Source: a virus
IMG/VR virus record: IMGVR_UViG_3300042922_000265
Coordinates: 103,374-167,373 of that record
Strand: one strand, 5' to 3'
DNA: 64,000 bases
Shown here piece after piece: positions 20,125 to 29,682 of this stretch. The notes under the pieces were generated by a model. The model was not told the origin of the DNA. It was given only the letters and a program-made list of their open reading frames with translations, and made no database searches. The translations under genes and the position numbers were made by a program. The stretch's first letter is position 1. The number at the start of each line of letters is the position of its first letter.

Positions 20125-20153
20125 ATCATGACAGAAGCTAGAACGAAATGCAA
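20125..20153 (-). promoter_or_regulatory. SigA-like promoter with TTCTAG box
   Basis: TTGCAT-TTCGTTCTAGCTTCTGT-CATGAT. Confidence 0.7.
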
Positions 20154-20238
20154 GTCATGATGGCAAACGAAAACAGAATGGTCGCCACCACCAGGCCACT
20201 GATGTAGCCGTACCAGAACATACGACTCGGGTCACCCA

Positions 20239-20646
20239 TCAGAACAGCTTCAACCATCCGGTGACCGGGGCGAGCTTCTCGTCAGTGTCAGGCCCCACCG
20301 CGATGCAGGTGAACGTGGTGCGCCCACCGAACTCGGTGAGCCCGTTGTCGAGGATGGGCGCGGCGATGAGCCCCTGGGCCAGCGCGTCGGTGTAGACGTC
20401 ACTCAACTGGACCTCGGACTCCGCCCGGACGACGACCTTGGTGAAGCTGTTCTGCAGCCACTCGTCGACCAGCAGAGCCTTCTTGGACCACTCCGCCGTC
20501 TCCTCCTCGGTGCCACTGAATCCCTGCAGGTAGGGCAGGACGGCGGCCATGGAGGCGTGGGCGGCCTGGGCCATCAGCTTGCCGCTGCGGACCTTGTGTC
20601 CCTCGGTGTTGCGGAGATCGGTCCGCATGACGATGACCTGCTTCAT
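20239..20646 (-). CDS. Peptidyl-tRNA hydrolase, Pth2 family (second copy)
   Basis: KQVIVMRTDL..GKLMAQAAHAS..TKVVVR..DNGLTEF..TCIAVGP. Confidence 0.92.
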   Translation of the reverse strand: MKQVIVMRTDLRNTEGHKVRSGKLMAQAAHASMAAVLPYLQGFSGTEEETAEWSKKALLVDEWLQNSFTKVVVRAESEVQLSDVYTDALAQGLIAAPILDNGLTEFGGRTTFTCIAVGPDTDEKLAPVTGWLKLF

Positions 20647-21705
20647 TTGTAGTCCTCGAAGTAGCTGATGGCGAGCTTAACGCCGTCGATCTTGGCCGAC
20701 AGACGATTGCGCTCGGCACGCGCGGCGCTCGGATGCAGCTCATCGTGGCGCTCCTGCAACCGGGCCACGGCCCGCTGTAGACGGGACTTGATGTCGGGAT
20801 CGTGGGTCACCTGCAGCTCGTAGCCCATCACCATCAGCTCGTCGCGGATACGCGCGCTGATCACCTTGACGTCGTGATTGCCCTGGTCGTCGGTGAAGTC
20901 CATGCCGAGCATGGCGGCCTCTAGAACCGCGTGGGCTTCAGGCCCGCTCTTGACCGTCTTGATGTAGATCGATGACGTCATGTGAAAACCTCCGTGATGA
21001 GTAGGTAGATGCCGTATCCCAGGGCGAACAGGATGAACGCTGCCAGGATGACGTGGATGATGATCAGGATCACCGCGCGGTCCGCACCACGCACAGGTTG
21101 GAGGTGACCAAGTCGATCTGCAGCGAGTCACCACCGTTGATCTCGACACCCTTGACTCCACGGTCGCGGCTGTACTTGACCATGATGTCGTGATGAAACT
21201 CGTCGTCGTTGTGCGGGTTGAAATGCACGGTCTGGTAGCCGTAGTGCTCCGGGACGTAGATGCGGTTGTCGTAGTCGCCGTACCAGATGCTGGTCTTCTC
21301 CACGGTGCCCAGGTGCTCGGCGAGCTTATCCTGGGCCACCTTGGTGGCGCGGCGGCCCTCAGTGAGGCGCTTCTGCGCCCAGGCGGGCAGCTTGTCCTCG
21401 CGGGGGTCCGGGGTAGCCAGCTCCTCGGGCTTGAGTGGGGGAGGGTGTCGTGTGCTCATGATTGCCTCCTCAGGCGGTTGCGTAGATCTCGATGTGCCAG
21501 GTGGTGCTGACGGGGGTGGGTTGGGTGGTGTCGTCGTCGGGCACCAGCGCAACGCTGGTGATCTTCCAGGCCATGTCGTCGAAATGGATGGTCTGACCCA
21601 CCACGGGCATGACCGGCATGCCGTTGAACCAGCGCGTGACCTGGATGCTGCGCGGGAAAGCTCCGGGGTCCGGGTTGTCCTTGTACCCGGTGACGTGCAT
21701 CCTCA

Positions 21706-22179
21706 TCAGGCTGCCGCGCGCTTGATCGCCTTGCGGATCTTCTCAGAGGCGCGGAAGTCAGCATGCCAGCGATCCTCGATCTTGGCCGAGCCATAGAAGT
21801 TGACGTCGAAGTAGTCGACCTGGATCTCGCTGGCGTCGTAGTTGTAGGACGAATGGATGTCCTTGAGAACCTTCTCGACACCCTGGCCCTTGATGGTCAG
21901 TACCTCGGAGGTGCGACCACGCGAGCAATCCCAGTGGTTGCAGCCGGTCTTGGCCTGGCCGGGGCAGGTCTCCCACATGCCCTCCAGATCGATGGCGGTG
22001 ATGTCGATCGAGCGGCCACCGGAGTAGTTGTCCACCTTCACCGAGTAGTTGCGCATCCCACCGGGAAGCGTGCCCGTCTTGATCGCGGCCTTGATGTCAG
22101 CTCGCATGCTCTTGGCGATCTCGGAAGCGGTGACGTAGGTGGTGGGGCAGTTGCGTCCGGTGAACTTGCGCTCGTACAT
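21706..22179 (-). CDS. LPD29-like domain protein
   Basis: EIAKSMRADIK...YSGGRSIDI...YNYDASEIQVDYFDVNFY; AGGAG SD before ATG 22179. Confidence 0.6.
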   Translation of the reverse strand: MYERKFTGRNCPTTYVTASEIAKSMRADIKAAIKTGTLPGGMRNYSVKVDNYSGGRSIDITAIDLEGMWETCPGQAKTGCNHWDCSRGRTSEVLTIKGQGVEKVLKDIHSSYNYDASEIQVDYFDVNFYGSAKIEDRWHADFRASEKIRKAIKRAAA

Positions 22180-22215
22180 GGTGGTCTCCTGTGGGTGGTG
22201 GTTGCGTGTGTATTT

Positions 22216-22244
22216 AGTATAGCAGACTAGAACGATTGATGCAA
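22216..22244 (-). promoter_or_regulatory. SigA-like promoter with TTCTAG box
   Basis: TTGCAT-CAATCGTTCTAGTCTGC-TATACT. Confidence 0.75.
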
Positions 22245-22249
22245 ACCGT

Positions 22250-22498
22250 TCAGCGCCCGCCATTGGCGGCGTAGTCATCGTTGGCGAGCTTGATCGCGGC
22301 CTGGTAGCCAACCCCTTTGCCGAGATCGTTGAGAACCTCGGTGCCACCATGACCCTGCCGGGTGCGCGGGACGGTGACCTTGGCGATCCATCCACCAAGC
22401 TCGTCGATCTTCTCGACGGTGTACTCGGTGCCGAAGTGGGTCTTGGCGGTCTTCTTGATGCCGTTGATGACGGTGGTGAACTTCAGTGCGTTGCTCAT
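22250..22498 (-). CDS. Small leaderless hypothetical protein
   Basis: ATG 6 nt after CATACT. Confidence 0.75.
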   Translation of the reverse strand: MSNALKFTTVINGIKKTAKTHFGTEYTVEKIDELGGWIAKVTVPRTRQGHGGTEVLNDLGKGVGYQAAIKLANDDYAANGGR

Positions 22499-22504
22499 GA
22501 CTCA

Positions 22505-22533
22505 AGTATGACAGACACTAGAATTTATCGCAA
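22505..22533 (-). promoter_or_regulatory. SigA-like promoter with TTCTAG box, leaderless
   Basis: TTGCGA-TAAATTCTAGTGTCTGT-CATACT-TGAGTC-ATG. Confidence 0.8.
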
Positions 22534-23196
22534 GCTCCCGCCATGGTCTGGCCGATAGACAGAGTGACGACCGAGGAACACCAGATTCATGCGCGCCTGA
22601 TGTGCGTCGGTGGTCTTGTTGGTCGTCAGCGTGCGGCACTTCTTGTCTGGTAGCGATCCACACGTCGGGCAGGTGTATCGCGCGTAGTCGTAGGGGATGC
22701 GACGACGGTCGGTTATCTCATCCTCCATCTCCACTTGAGATTCCAGAACCTGGGCACGGTGGCGCACGGCGTGAAGGGCGGATGCCACCCACGCTGGCAG
22801 TACCACCCCTTCGGCTGGGGGCGCTGACACTGCTGCGGCACAACATCAGGTGTGGTCATCGGTGATTCCTCTCAGCGTTCTCCCGCGCCACCATGCGCAT
22901 CGCCTCCCAGAGATCAGCCATGATGTTGTCCTCCGGGTGGCGCTCATACGGCGGGCACTCGGTGGCGCTGCGGTGATGCAGCCGCCCGTAGCCGCCCCAG
23001 TTCGTGTCCTTGCAATGCGGGTGACGACAGTACTTCTCCGGGTAGAAATGCTCCTGAAAGTGGTCACCGTGACCCTGGTAGGAGTAATCCACCGCGTGCC
23101 GGGGCTTGTGGTCGCCAGGATCACGCACACCGCTAGGGATCGACCGCTTGGCATGCCTGCCGTACAGGAACGCGCCGATGTCGGTCAGAGGGACGC

Positions 23197-24363
23197 TCAT
23201 GATGCCTCCATCCAATCTGCCAGGTGAGAGATGACGTCCTCGTGGGTCAGTTTGCCCTCATCCAGCCGCAGCTCCCAGAGGAAACGCAACGCCTCGCCCA
23301 CGCGCGGACCCTTGGAGAGGCCGGTCAAATCCATCACCTCGGCACCGGACAGGAAGGGCTCGGGATGACCCTCGGCCTCCAGTAGCGTCTCGATGCGACC
23401 GGAGAGGATGTCATCACCCAGCAGTTCCTCCAGCTGAGGCAGTAGGTCACCAGAGATGGCAACCACTCGCCGCACCATAGGCCAGGTCCATTCCGACACC
23501 TCCTGGAATCGCTGCACCCAGGTCACCAGGTTGGTGACGGAACGCTGACGCTCAACGCTCATCCTGAAGCGCTTGGTGATGTCGGTGACCTTGTGCGGGT
23601 CCACCTCCAGCAGCAGGTCCGCCCACGCGGACTCCAGAGTGGCGCGCTGCTTGATCGACGGCGCGGCGATCAGCTCGGGCAGGATCTCCTTGAGCAGGCC
23701 GGTGTGCAGCATCTCCGACAGCCCCCGGAACGGGTCCGGGCTCATCAGCATCCGATCCATCTCCACAGCCTTGCGCTCAGCACTGACCATGTGGATCAGC
23801 TCACGGTTGGCCGCGATGGCCAGCTTCTCCGCGTCACCGACCTTGAAGCCCAGCTGAGCAGCGAAGCGCACTGCGCGCATCATCCGCAGCGGGTCGTCGG
23901 TGAAGGTCTTGACCGGGTCCATCGGCGTCTTGAGCAGCCCCAGGGACAGGGCGGTCTTGCCGTTGAACGGGTCGATGACGTGGTCGTTGAGGCCGAGCTG
24001 AGTAACCTGCATGGCCATCGCGTTGATGGTGAAGTCGCGGCGCTGCAGATCCTCCTCCAGGACCTCGGTGAACGCCACCTCCGGCTTGCGGCCCGGACCG
24101 TCGGTGCGCATCGTGGTGATCTCCACATCGAATCCGTCACGGCGCGCGGCGATGGTTCCGAACCGGGCACCGACGTCCCAGATGGCGTCAGCCCACGAGG
24201 CCAAGATCGCCTGGATCTCATCCGGCTTGGCCGTGGTGGTGAAGTCCCAGTCCTTGACCTCGCGGTTCAGGAGTTTGTCCCGGACGCTGCCGCCGACCAG
24301 GAAGAGCCGATGGCCCGCCTGATCGAACTTCAGCCCGAGGCTGGAGAGAAGTTGGGGGTGCAT
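23197..24363 (-). CDS. cca: CCA-adding tRNA nucleotidyltransferase (class II)
   Basis: LVGGSVRD..DWDFTT, EITTMR, DLQRRDFTINAMA, DDPLRMMRAVRF; TTGACC-18-TAGAAT-7-ATG(24363). Confidence 0.9.
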   Translation of the reverse strand: MHPQLLSSLGLKFDQAGHRLFLVGGSVRDKLLNREVKDWDFTTTAKPDEIQAILASWADAIWDVGARFGTIAARRDGFDVEITTMRTDGPGRKPEVAFTEVLEEDLQRRDFTINAMAMQVTQLGLNDHVIDPFNGKTALSLGLLKTPMDPVKTFTDDPLRMMRAVRFAAQLGFKVGDAEKLAIAANRELIHMVSAERKAVEMDRMLMSPDPFRGLSEMLHTGLLKEILPELIAAPSIKQRATLESAWADLLLEVDPHKVTDITKRFRMSVERQRSVTNLVTWVQRFQEVSEWTWPMVRRVVAISGDLLPQLEELLGDDILSGRIETLLEAEGHPEPFLSGAEVMDLTGLSKGPRVGEALRFLWELRLDEGKLTHEDVISHLADWMEAS

Positions 24364-24396
24364 GAAATCCATTCTAGCCGATAGAGGACTACAGGG

Positions 24397-25068
24397 TCAA
24401 CTGAGTGCGTCGACCACAGCCTGGGCCTCGTCGAACGTGTTGACGGTGACCGTGGTCTTCTTGGCCTTGAGCTGGTACTTCATGTCGGTGACGACAAACC
24501 GCGTCAGGTAGGCGCGGCCCGACTGCACCACGATCTGCTCCACCAAGAAGCGCCCGCTGTTGCTCATCCACTCGCCGGGATAGTCGCCCGTGGGCAGCAG
24601 ATTGCCCGGACGGGTGGCCTCGCGCTGGGGTGTGGGGTCCAGGTGGATCATCACCCCCAGCGCCGAGGACTCCATGCCCTTCTCCCGGCGCAGGTCCCGG
24701 ATGGCCGCCGAGGGCTCGCGCTTCTTGCGCGGGCGACCGGGCGGGCGCTTCTTGGGCTTCTCGGTGAGCTTGGCGGGCTCGGGCGGGGTCCACGCAGGAC
24801 GCTGTGGCCGCACAGGGCGCGGGTCAGGGTGGATGAGCTTGCCCGCGACCTTCTCGTGCGCGTAGGAACCGCACAGCATGCACTGCGGGGCGCGAGGGTC
24901 GTCCACGGTGAAGGGGTGAGCCTCGATGCGCATGTGCGCACGGGCGCGGTCAGTGCCCTCGTCACCGGTACGCCAATGGGTTTTGACCTTGGCGGGTGCC
25001 GTGCGTTCGATCGACGTGGAGGGCATGACCTTGCCGGTCCACAGCCGCGCGCCGTTGGGGGAGGGCAT
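24397..25068 (-). CDS. Hypothetical protein with AT-hook-like GRPRK
   Basis: KKRPPGRPRKK; coupled start. Confidence 0.6.
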   Translation of the reverse strand: MPSPNGARLWTGKVMPSTSIERTAPAKVKTHWRTGDEGTDRARAHMRIEAHPFTVDDPRAPQCMLCGSYAHEKVAGKLIHPDPRPVRPQRPAWTPPEPAKLTEKPKKRPPGRPRKKREPSAAIRDLRREKGMESSALGVMIHLDPTPQREATRPGNLLPTGDYPGEWMSNSGRFLVEQIVVQSGRAYLTRFVVTDMKYQLKAKKTTVTVNTFDEAQAVVDALS

Positions 25069-25492
25069 CAGTCGTCGATGCGCCGGAGTTCCCAGCCGTC
25101 ACCACGGAGGTTGGAGGCCATCCCTCGCAGCTGGGCAAGGCTGACGTCGATAGAGGAGGCTCGCGCCGCCTTGAACAGGATCGCGGCGGGCTTGGCCACC
25201 GGATCGTGCAAGGACAGCGGACCCCAGCTCCTGATGACCTTGTCCAGGGACTGGCCGTGGGCGTCGTCCTCGTGGGAGCCATCCGGGCTGTCCACCCGAA
25301 TGAATCCACCGGACAGTGCGTGATGCTCCCAGACGCTGCCGTCGGGCGTGGAGAACTGCTGGGGAGCCTTGAACGGCACGAGGTTTCCTTCCTTGGTGGA
25401 GATCTCTCTGCGCTCTGCGCAGTCGGGTGAGTTGGGAGACAGGCAGTGCGAAAAGCAACCGCACTCGATGCACTGACTGGGGCGTTGTCCCA

Positions 25493-25756
25493 TCAGATCT
25501 CCTCGGTGGCCTCGACGCGGATGCTGGAGTAGCGCAGGTAGGCCGCGCTGTCCCAGGGGTAAGCCAGCGTGATGCCCGACTTGGCCTTGTTCCAGCGACC
25601 CACGTGGCCACCGGCATTCTTCTGGGCCAACTCCAGCGAACCTGCCCACTCGACGCGGACCTCGCCGTTGTCCTTCTCGAACACGGTGACGTAGGGCATC
25701 CGCTTGCCCTTGCGCTCGAAGGTCTCGCCGTTGATGGTGATCGCGTTGTGGGCCAT
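25493..25756 (-). CDS. Small leaderless hypothetical protein
   Basis: ATG 6 nt after CATACT. Confidence 0.75.
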   Translation of the reverse strand: MAHNAITINGETFERKGKRMPYVTVFEKDNGEVRVEWAGSLELAQKNAGGHVGRWNKAKSGITLAYPWDSAAYLRYSSIRVEATEEI

Positions 25757-25762
25757 GCATTA

Positions 25763-25791
25763 AGTATGACAGAGGCTAGAACTTATTGCAA
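25763..25791 (-). promoter_or_regulatory. SigA-like promoter with TTCTAG box, leaderless
   Basis: TTGCAA-TAAGTTCTAGCCTCTGT-CATACT-TAATGC-ATG. Confidence 0.8.
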
Positions 25792-26155
25792 GCCCCTTTT
25801 TTACGCGGTGCTCCAGGTGGTCGGACCAGCGACCTGACGCCGCAGCAGCACTGCACCCTTGGTGCAGGGGAATCGCTGAGCGCGACCTACGGCGGCCACA
25901 GCGGACGACTCGCTCTTGTGCTCCAGGATGACGCCACCGGGATAACGCACTGCGTACTCCTTGAGCATCAGAACCCCACGTCCTCGACCGTGGTGACGAC
26001 CCGACACAGGCGAACCTGGGAGAAGTCGCCGGAGTCGCGCAGGCCCTGGGCCATGGCTGCAGCGGCCTGCTCCGGGAAGCCGTCACCGATCACCAGGAAC
26101 TTGGGCTCGTCAGAATCCTCGGCCTTCCACTCCAGACGCCAGGTGATCTTGCTCT

Positions 26156-26755
26156 TCATGCCTTCAGGTCCTCTCGTAGCTCCATCAGTAGCTTGCCCAA
26201 CAGGTTCTCCCCCGGCACGGCGATGTGCCTGGGGCAGTTGCACGAGCCCCAGGTCTGGTCGTGCCAGGTGTTGCCCTCGACCAGCAGCTGCCCTTCAGTG
26301 GCCAGCAGCTTGGCCTTCAGGTCGGCGTGCTGAGTGAACTTCGCCCGCAGTACCTTGGCCATCCAGGGGACCTTGTAGTCCTCCCAGTCGGACCGCAGGG
26401 CCAGCTTTTGGCCCGCTCGTTTGGCCTCACCGGCAGTCGGCAACTGAGCGATCCGCAGCACCTCGGGGATCGTGCGGGCCTTGCCCGCCTGGTAGGCGTG
26501 CTCGGTGGTGGGGTAGACGATGTCCTCGACCGACACCGACGCCAGGTAGAAGTTGCTCAAGAACCGGTACTCCCCGTCAAACGAGGTGATCGCCTTCAGG
26601 TCCGGGTTATTGGACCGCATCTTGTCCCGGCGCAGCTGCCAACAGGCCCAGATCAGGTCCTTGTCGTCACTCTCCTCGGCAGCGTCGAAGGCGTACAGGA
26701 ACGCCTCAATCTCGTCGTGATTCTGCGGCCACTTGGGGTCATCCAGGTTGGTCAT
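26156..26755 (-). CDS. NADAR (YbiA-like) family protein
   Basis: FLSNFY...YPTTEHAYQAGK...KFTQH...LVEGNTWHDQTWG...GENLLGKLLMELRE. Confidence 0.92.
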   Translation of the reverse strand: MTNLDDPKWPQNHDEIEAFLYAFDAAEESDDKDLIWACWQLRRDKMRSNNPDLKAITSFDGEYRFLSNFYLASVSVEDIVYPTTEHAYQAGKARTIPEVLRIAQLPTAGEAKRAGQKLALRSDWEDYKVPWMAKVLRAKFTQHADLKAKLLATEGQLLVEGNTWHDQTWGSCNCPRHIAVPGENLLGKLLMELREDLKA

Positions 26756-26936
26756 AGCACTGTTGCTTCCGGCCTACTACCCTCACGGGGCGGCTTTGGC
26801 GAACCCAGGATGTACGCCTCAAACTCCTTCGCGACATCGAGCACGTCGCGAGTACTGCTGTGCTCTGCAGGAGAGCAGAACGTCGCGGCGGCCACGATAG
26901 CGGTCTTCCTTGCCGCCATCGCCTCCAGTCTGGCGG

Positions 26937-27959
26937 TCACCGCAGCACCAGTACCTGGGTGTTGGGCATCAGGTTGCGGTTCACCGAGGTGGATTGCACG
27001 AACACGTCGTAGTCCTTGTGGTGAGCCGGATCGACCTTGACCTCGTAGTCGGGCAAACCGAGCAGCTGACGGGCCGCAGCGCCCGTGTAGACACCCTTGG
27101 CACCCCGGATGGCGATCTGCTTGGACGCCTGGATGGTCTCGCGCTTGGTCAGCTGGTAGAACGCGCTGCCCTTGCGGTAGGGCTCGCCGCTGGACTCGGC
27201 CACGAACTCGTCGATCCGGCACTTCTCCGGGCCGACGTTGTAGAGGTCGAAGTCCTTGCCCTTGATCGGGATCAAGTTGACCTTGACCTCGGCCAGGCTC
27301 GGGGTGGTGATGCTGAACAGCTGCTTGGTGCCACGCACGCCCGCGCGGCGGGCTTGCATGAACGACTCGGTGGCGTCGCGCATGACCTCACCGGCTTTCT
27401 CCAGGCCCTGGTGGTCATTGACGTCCCAGACAGCGATGTTGGCCGCCGGGAAGCCGTTCTGCTGCGCGCGGCTGCGACCGTACTCGTCTGGGACGAACGT
27501 GGCCACGGTCCAGTGCTCGGGCAGCCGGTCGATACGGGTGCGCAGCGTGTAGCTGGAGTTGCGGGACACATTCTCGATACCGTCGGTGAGGACGTAGACC
27601 AGGAAGCTGTGCTCACCGTAGATCTCGGGGGTGAGGGTCAGGTCCTCGATCGCCTTGAGGGTGCCATCGATCAGCGGAGTGTTTCCGTACGGGCTGTAGA
27701 GGCCCGCGATGGACGGCATCCGCAGCACGTCCTTGTCCCAGACCAAGCAGTCGATCTTGGGATGCGGGTATCCGCCGAAGGTGTAGACGGTGATGCGAGT
27801 TTCCTGGTCCAGATCCTTGGACCGCTCCGCCAGATGTGCGATCTGGTTGTCAGCCACCTTGATGAGCGACTGAGCGTTGCGTCCTTCCATCGACGTAGAG
27901 GCGTCGAGTACCAGGACGATGTGGTTGATGATGTTTGCCGGTGCGGCTACTGCAGACAT
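26937..27959 (-). CDS. von Willebrand factor A domain protein
   Basis: MIDAS motif LVLDASTSM, GNTPLID, VLTDGIEN. Confidence 0.85.
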   Translation of the reverse strand: MSAVAAPANIINHIVLVLDASTSMEGRNAQSLIKVADNQIAHLAERSKDLDQETRITVYTFGGYPHPKIDCLVWDKDVLRMPSIAGLYSPYGNTPLIDGTLKAIEDLTLTPEIYGEHSFLVYVLTDGIENVSRNSSYTLRTRIDRLPEHWTVATFVPDEYGRSRAQQNGFPAANIAVWDVNDHQGLEKAGEVMRDATESFMQARRAGVRGTKQLFSITTPSLAEVKVNLIPIKGKDFDLYNVGPEKCRIDEFVAESSGEPYRKGSAFYQLTKRETIQASKQIAIRGAKGVYTGAAARQLLGLPDYEVKVDPAHHKDYDVFVQSTSVNRNLMPNTQVLVLR

Positions 27960-28056
27960 GGCTTTTACTCTGTTCTGTGAGTTCTGATTGTGTGTGGTGG
28001 TTTGGTGCGGTGTCTCGGGGGGTGAGCCTACCCCGAGACGTCGACAAGGTGAAGGG

Positions 28057-29070
28057 TCAGTCTTCGTCGGAGTAGCGCAAGGTGCCGTCGTCGTCGCGGA
28101 CGACGGTCTGGCGGATGTCCTCGATCCAGCGGATGCCCTTGCCTCCGCCACCGGCCTGGATCTTGGTGATCTCCTCGCCCATCATCCAGCGGTTGTACGC
28201 GCCGATGACGGTGTCGAAGTTGCGCAGCAGGAAGGGCAGGTGCGTGCCGCCAGTGCGCACCAGCTGGCCCGTACGGCTGATGTAGCGACGCACCGGCTTG
28301 ACGATGTTGCCCAGGCCCGACTCGGAGCTGTAGGTGCCCTCGGCGATGGCGGTGAAGAACTCGGCGATCGTGTCGGGGTTGGCACCGTCGCGCTCCATGA
28401 TGATGGCCAGCGCGGTCAACGGACCCTCGGCGATGGCCCGCTTGGGCTTCATCAGACCACGGCCCAGCTGGTTATCGCTGCTGACCATCAGGTTGCAGCT
28501 CTTGTAGACCGAGGCGGCCCAGGAAGCCCAGCCCTCCAGCTCGTCGCGGTTCTCCACGATCGTCTCGGCGACTCTGGCCCGGTTGGTGGAGTAGCGATCC
28601 AACTCGCGGTCGCCCTGCATCAGGATCAGCTGAGCAGCGGCCATCGTGGAAGCGTTGCGCAGCTTGTGACCCTGCAGCTTGAGCACCTGGGGCACCGTGC
28701 GGATCATGTCGCCGGTGTCGATGGTGGCCAGGCAGTCGATACCGAGTCCGCGCACCACGAGCAGTGGTACTGTCTTGCGCGCCTTGGTGATGGCCGTCAG
28801 GCGGTGCTGTCCGTCGATCAGACGGCCCTGACTGTCGAACTTGATGGTCTCACCGTTGAAGGCGAAGCTACCGTTGAGGATGTCATTGGTCCGGTCTTCG
28901 ATGCGGGTGCTGTTCATATCCCGGTTGTTCGGGATGTTGAGCTTGAGCCACTCGGCGGCCAGCTCCGGGGTCACACGAACGTATTCGACGATGATGGTGT
29001 TGCCGGTCGGGTCCGTGAAGATCATGTCATTGGACGCGGTCCCTGTGGGGTGGAACGAAACGGACGTCAT
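28057..29070 (-). CDS. ParB/DGQHR-like domain protein
   Basis: NNR...NGETIKFD..GRLIDGQHRLTAI. Confidence 0.7.
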   Translation of the reverse strand: MTSVSFHPTGTASNDMIFTDPTGNTIIVEYVRVTPELAAEWLKLNIPNNRDMNSTRIEDRTNDILNGSFAFNGETIKFDSQGRLIDGQHRLTAITKARKTVPLLVVRGLGIDCLATIDTGDMIRTVPQVLKLQGHKLRNASTMAAAQLILMQGDRELDRYSTNRARVAETIVENRDELEGWASWAASVYKSCNLMVSSDNQLGRGLMKPKRAIAEGPLTALAIIMERDGANPDTIAEFFTAIAEGTYSSESGLGNIVKPVRRYISRTGQLVRTGGTHLPFLLRNFDTVIGAYNRWMMGEEITKIQAGGGGKGIRWIEDIRQTVVRDDDGTLRYSDED

Positions 29071-29114
29071 GATTCCTTCTCTGTGGGTGGATCGGTGCAG
29101 TTGTAAATCGGGCG

Positions 29115-29187
29115 TGGACCGGACGGGACTCGAACCCGCATCTCGCGCATACGTCGGCTCTACTCCGGGGACTTGAGCTACCGGCCC
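29115..29187 (-). ncRNA. tRNA-Ala-like RNA with collapsed anticodon arm
   Basis: GGGCCGG/CCGGTCC-A (G3.U70, A73); D stem GCTC/GAGC with 14-nt loop; T arm GCGGG-TTCGAGT-CCCGT. Confidence 0.7.
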
Positions 29188-29198
29188 TTAATCTATCG

Positions 29199-29262
29199 CG
29201 GGCGTCGGGGAATCGAACCCCGATAGCGGCCTCTCGATGGCCGCGCTGACCTTTCAGCGCCC
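29199..29262 (-). ncRNA. Compact non-canonical tRNA-like RNA (loop AT-CGA-GA)
   Basis: GGGCG/CGCCC-G; CTGA-AAGG-TCAG; GCGGCC-ATCGAGA-GGCCGC; TCGGGG-TTCGATT-CCCCGA. Confidence 0.65.
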
Positions 29263-29264
29263 TC

Positions 29265-29371
29265 GGAGAGCGACAGGGAGCTACCCCGTCCTCTCCTGTG
29301 TCGGTTCCAGGAGAGAGCTGTACCGATTCGGCAGCGGCGGCTAACCCTGCTCCCCTTCGGTCTCGTTCTCC
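29265..29371 (-). ncRNA. Structured RNA with long bulged terminal stem
   Basis: GGAGA/TCTCC, GAC/GTC, bulged CGAA, GGGGAGC/GCTCCCT; internal CTCTCCTG/CAGGAGAG. Confidence 0.5.
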
Positions 29372-29432
29372 TGGTCCCTCATCTCGCTTCAGGCTCACAG
29401 TCGCCATAAACCCAGGCCCTATCACGAGATTG

Positions 29433-29507
29433 CTCCCCGCCCAGGTCTCGAACCTGATAACCACGCCTCGCGAAAGGTCGTTGCGCCCACCTGCTGGGCT
29501 GCGGGGA
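29433..29507 (-). ncRNA. tRNA-like RNA with distorted anticodon arm
   Basis: TCCCCGC/GCGGGGA-G; GCCCA-GCAGG-TGGGC; TCAGG-TTCGAGA-CCTGG. Confidence 0.65.
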
Positions 29508-29511
29508 CTAG

Positions 29512-29655
29512 AGAGGTCATCGGGGCTCGAACCCGATACGGTCTGACAGAGGCGGCCACCTCCATCAGCGCACTGCCTTCCGTTTTCATCTCGCCCTGCC
29601 ACGTCCGGGATGGCCGTCCCTCGCGCTTTCAGGTCCGATATAGGCAGTTGACCCC
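29512..29655 (-). ncRNA. 144-nt tRNA-like RNA with large inserted arm
   Basis: GGGGTCA/TGACCTC; TCGGG-TTCGAGC-CCCGA; ACTGCCT/AGGCAGT encloses about 60 nt; hairpin CTGATGGAGG/CCTCTGTCAG. Confidence 0.6.
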
Positions 29656-29682
29656 ATGTGGCAGTACGATGCCAGCGCTCGG

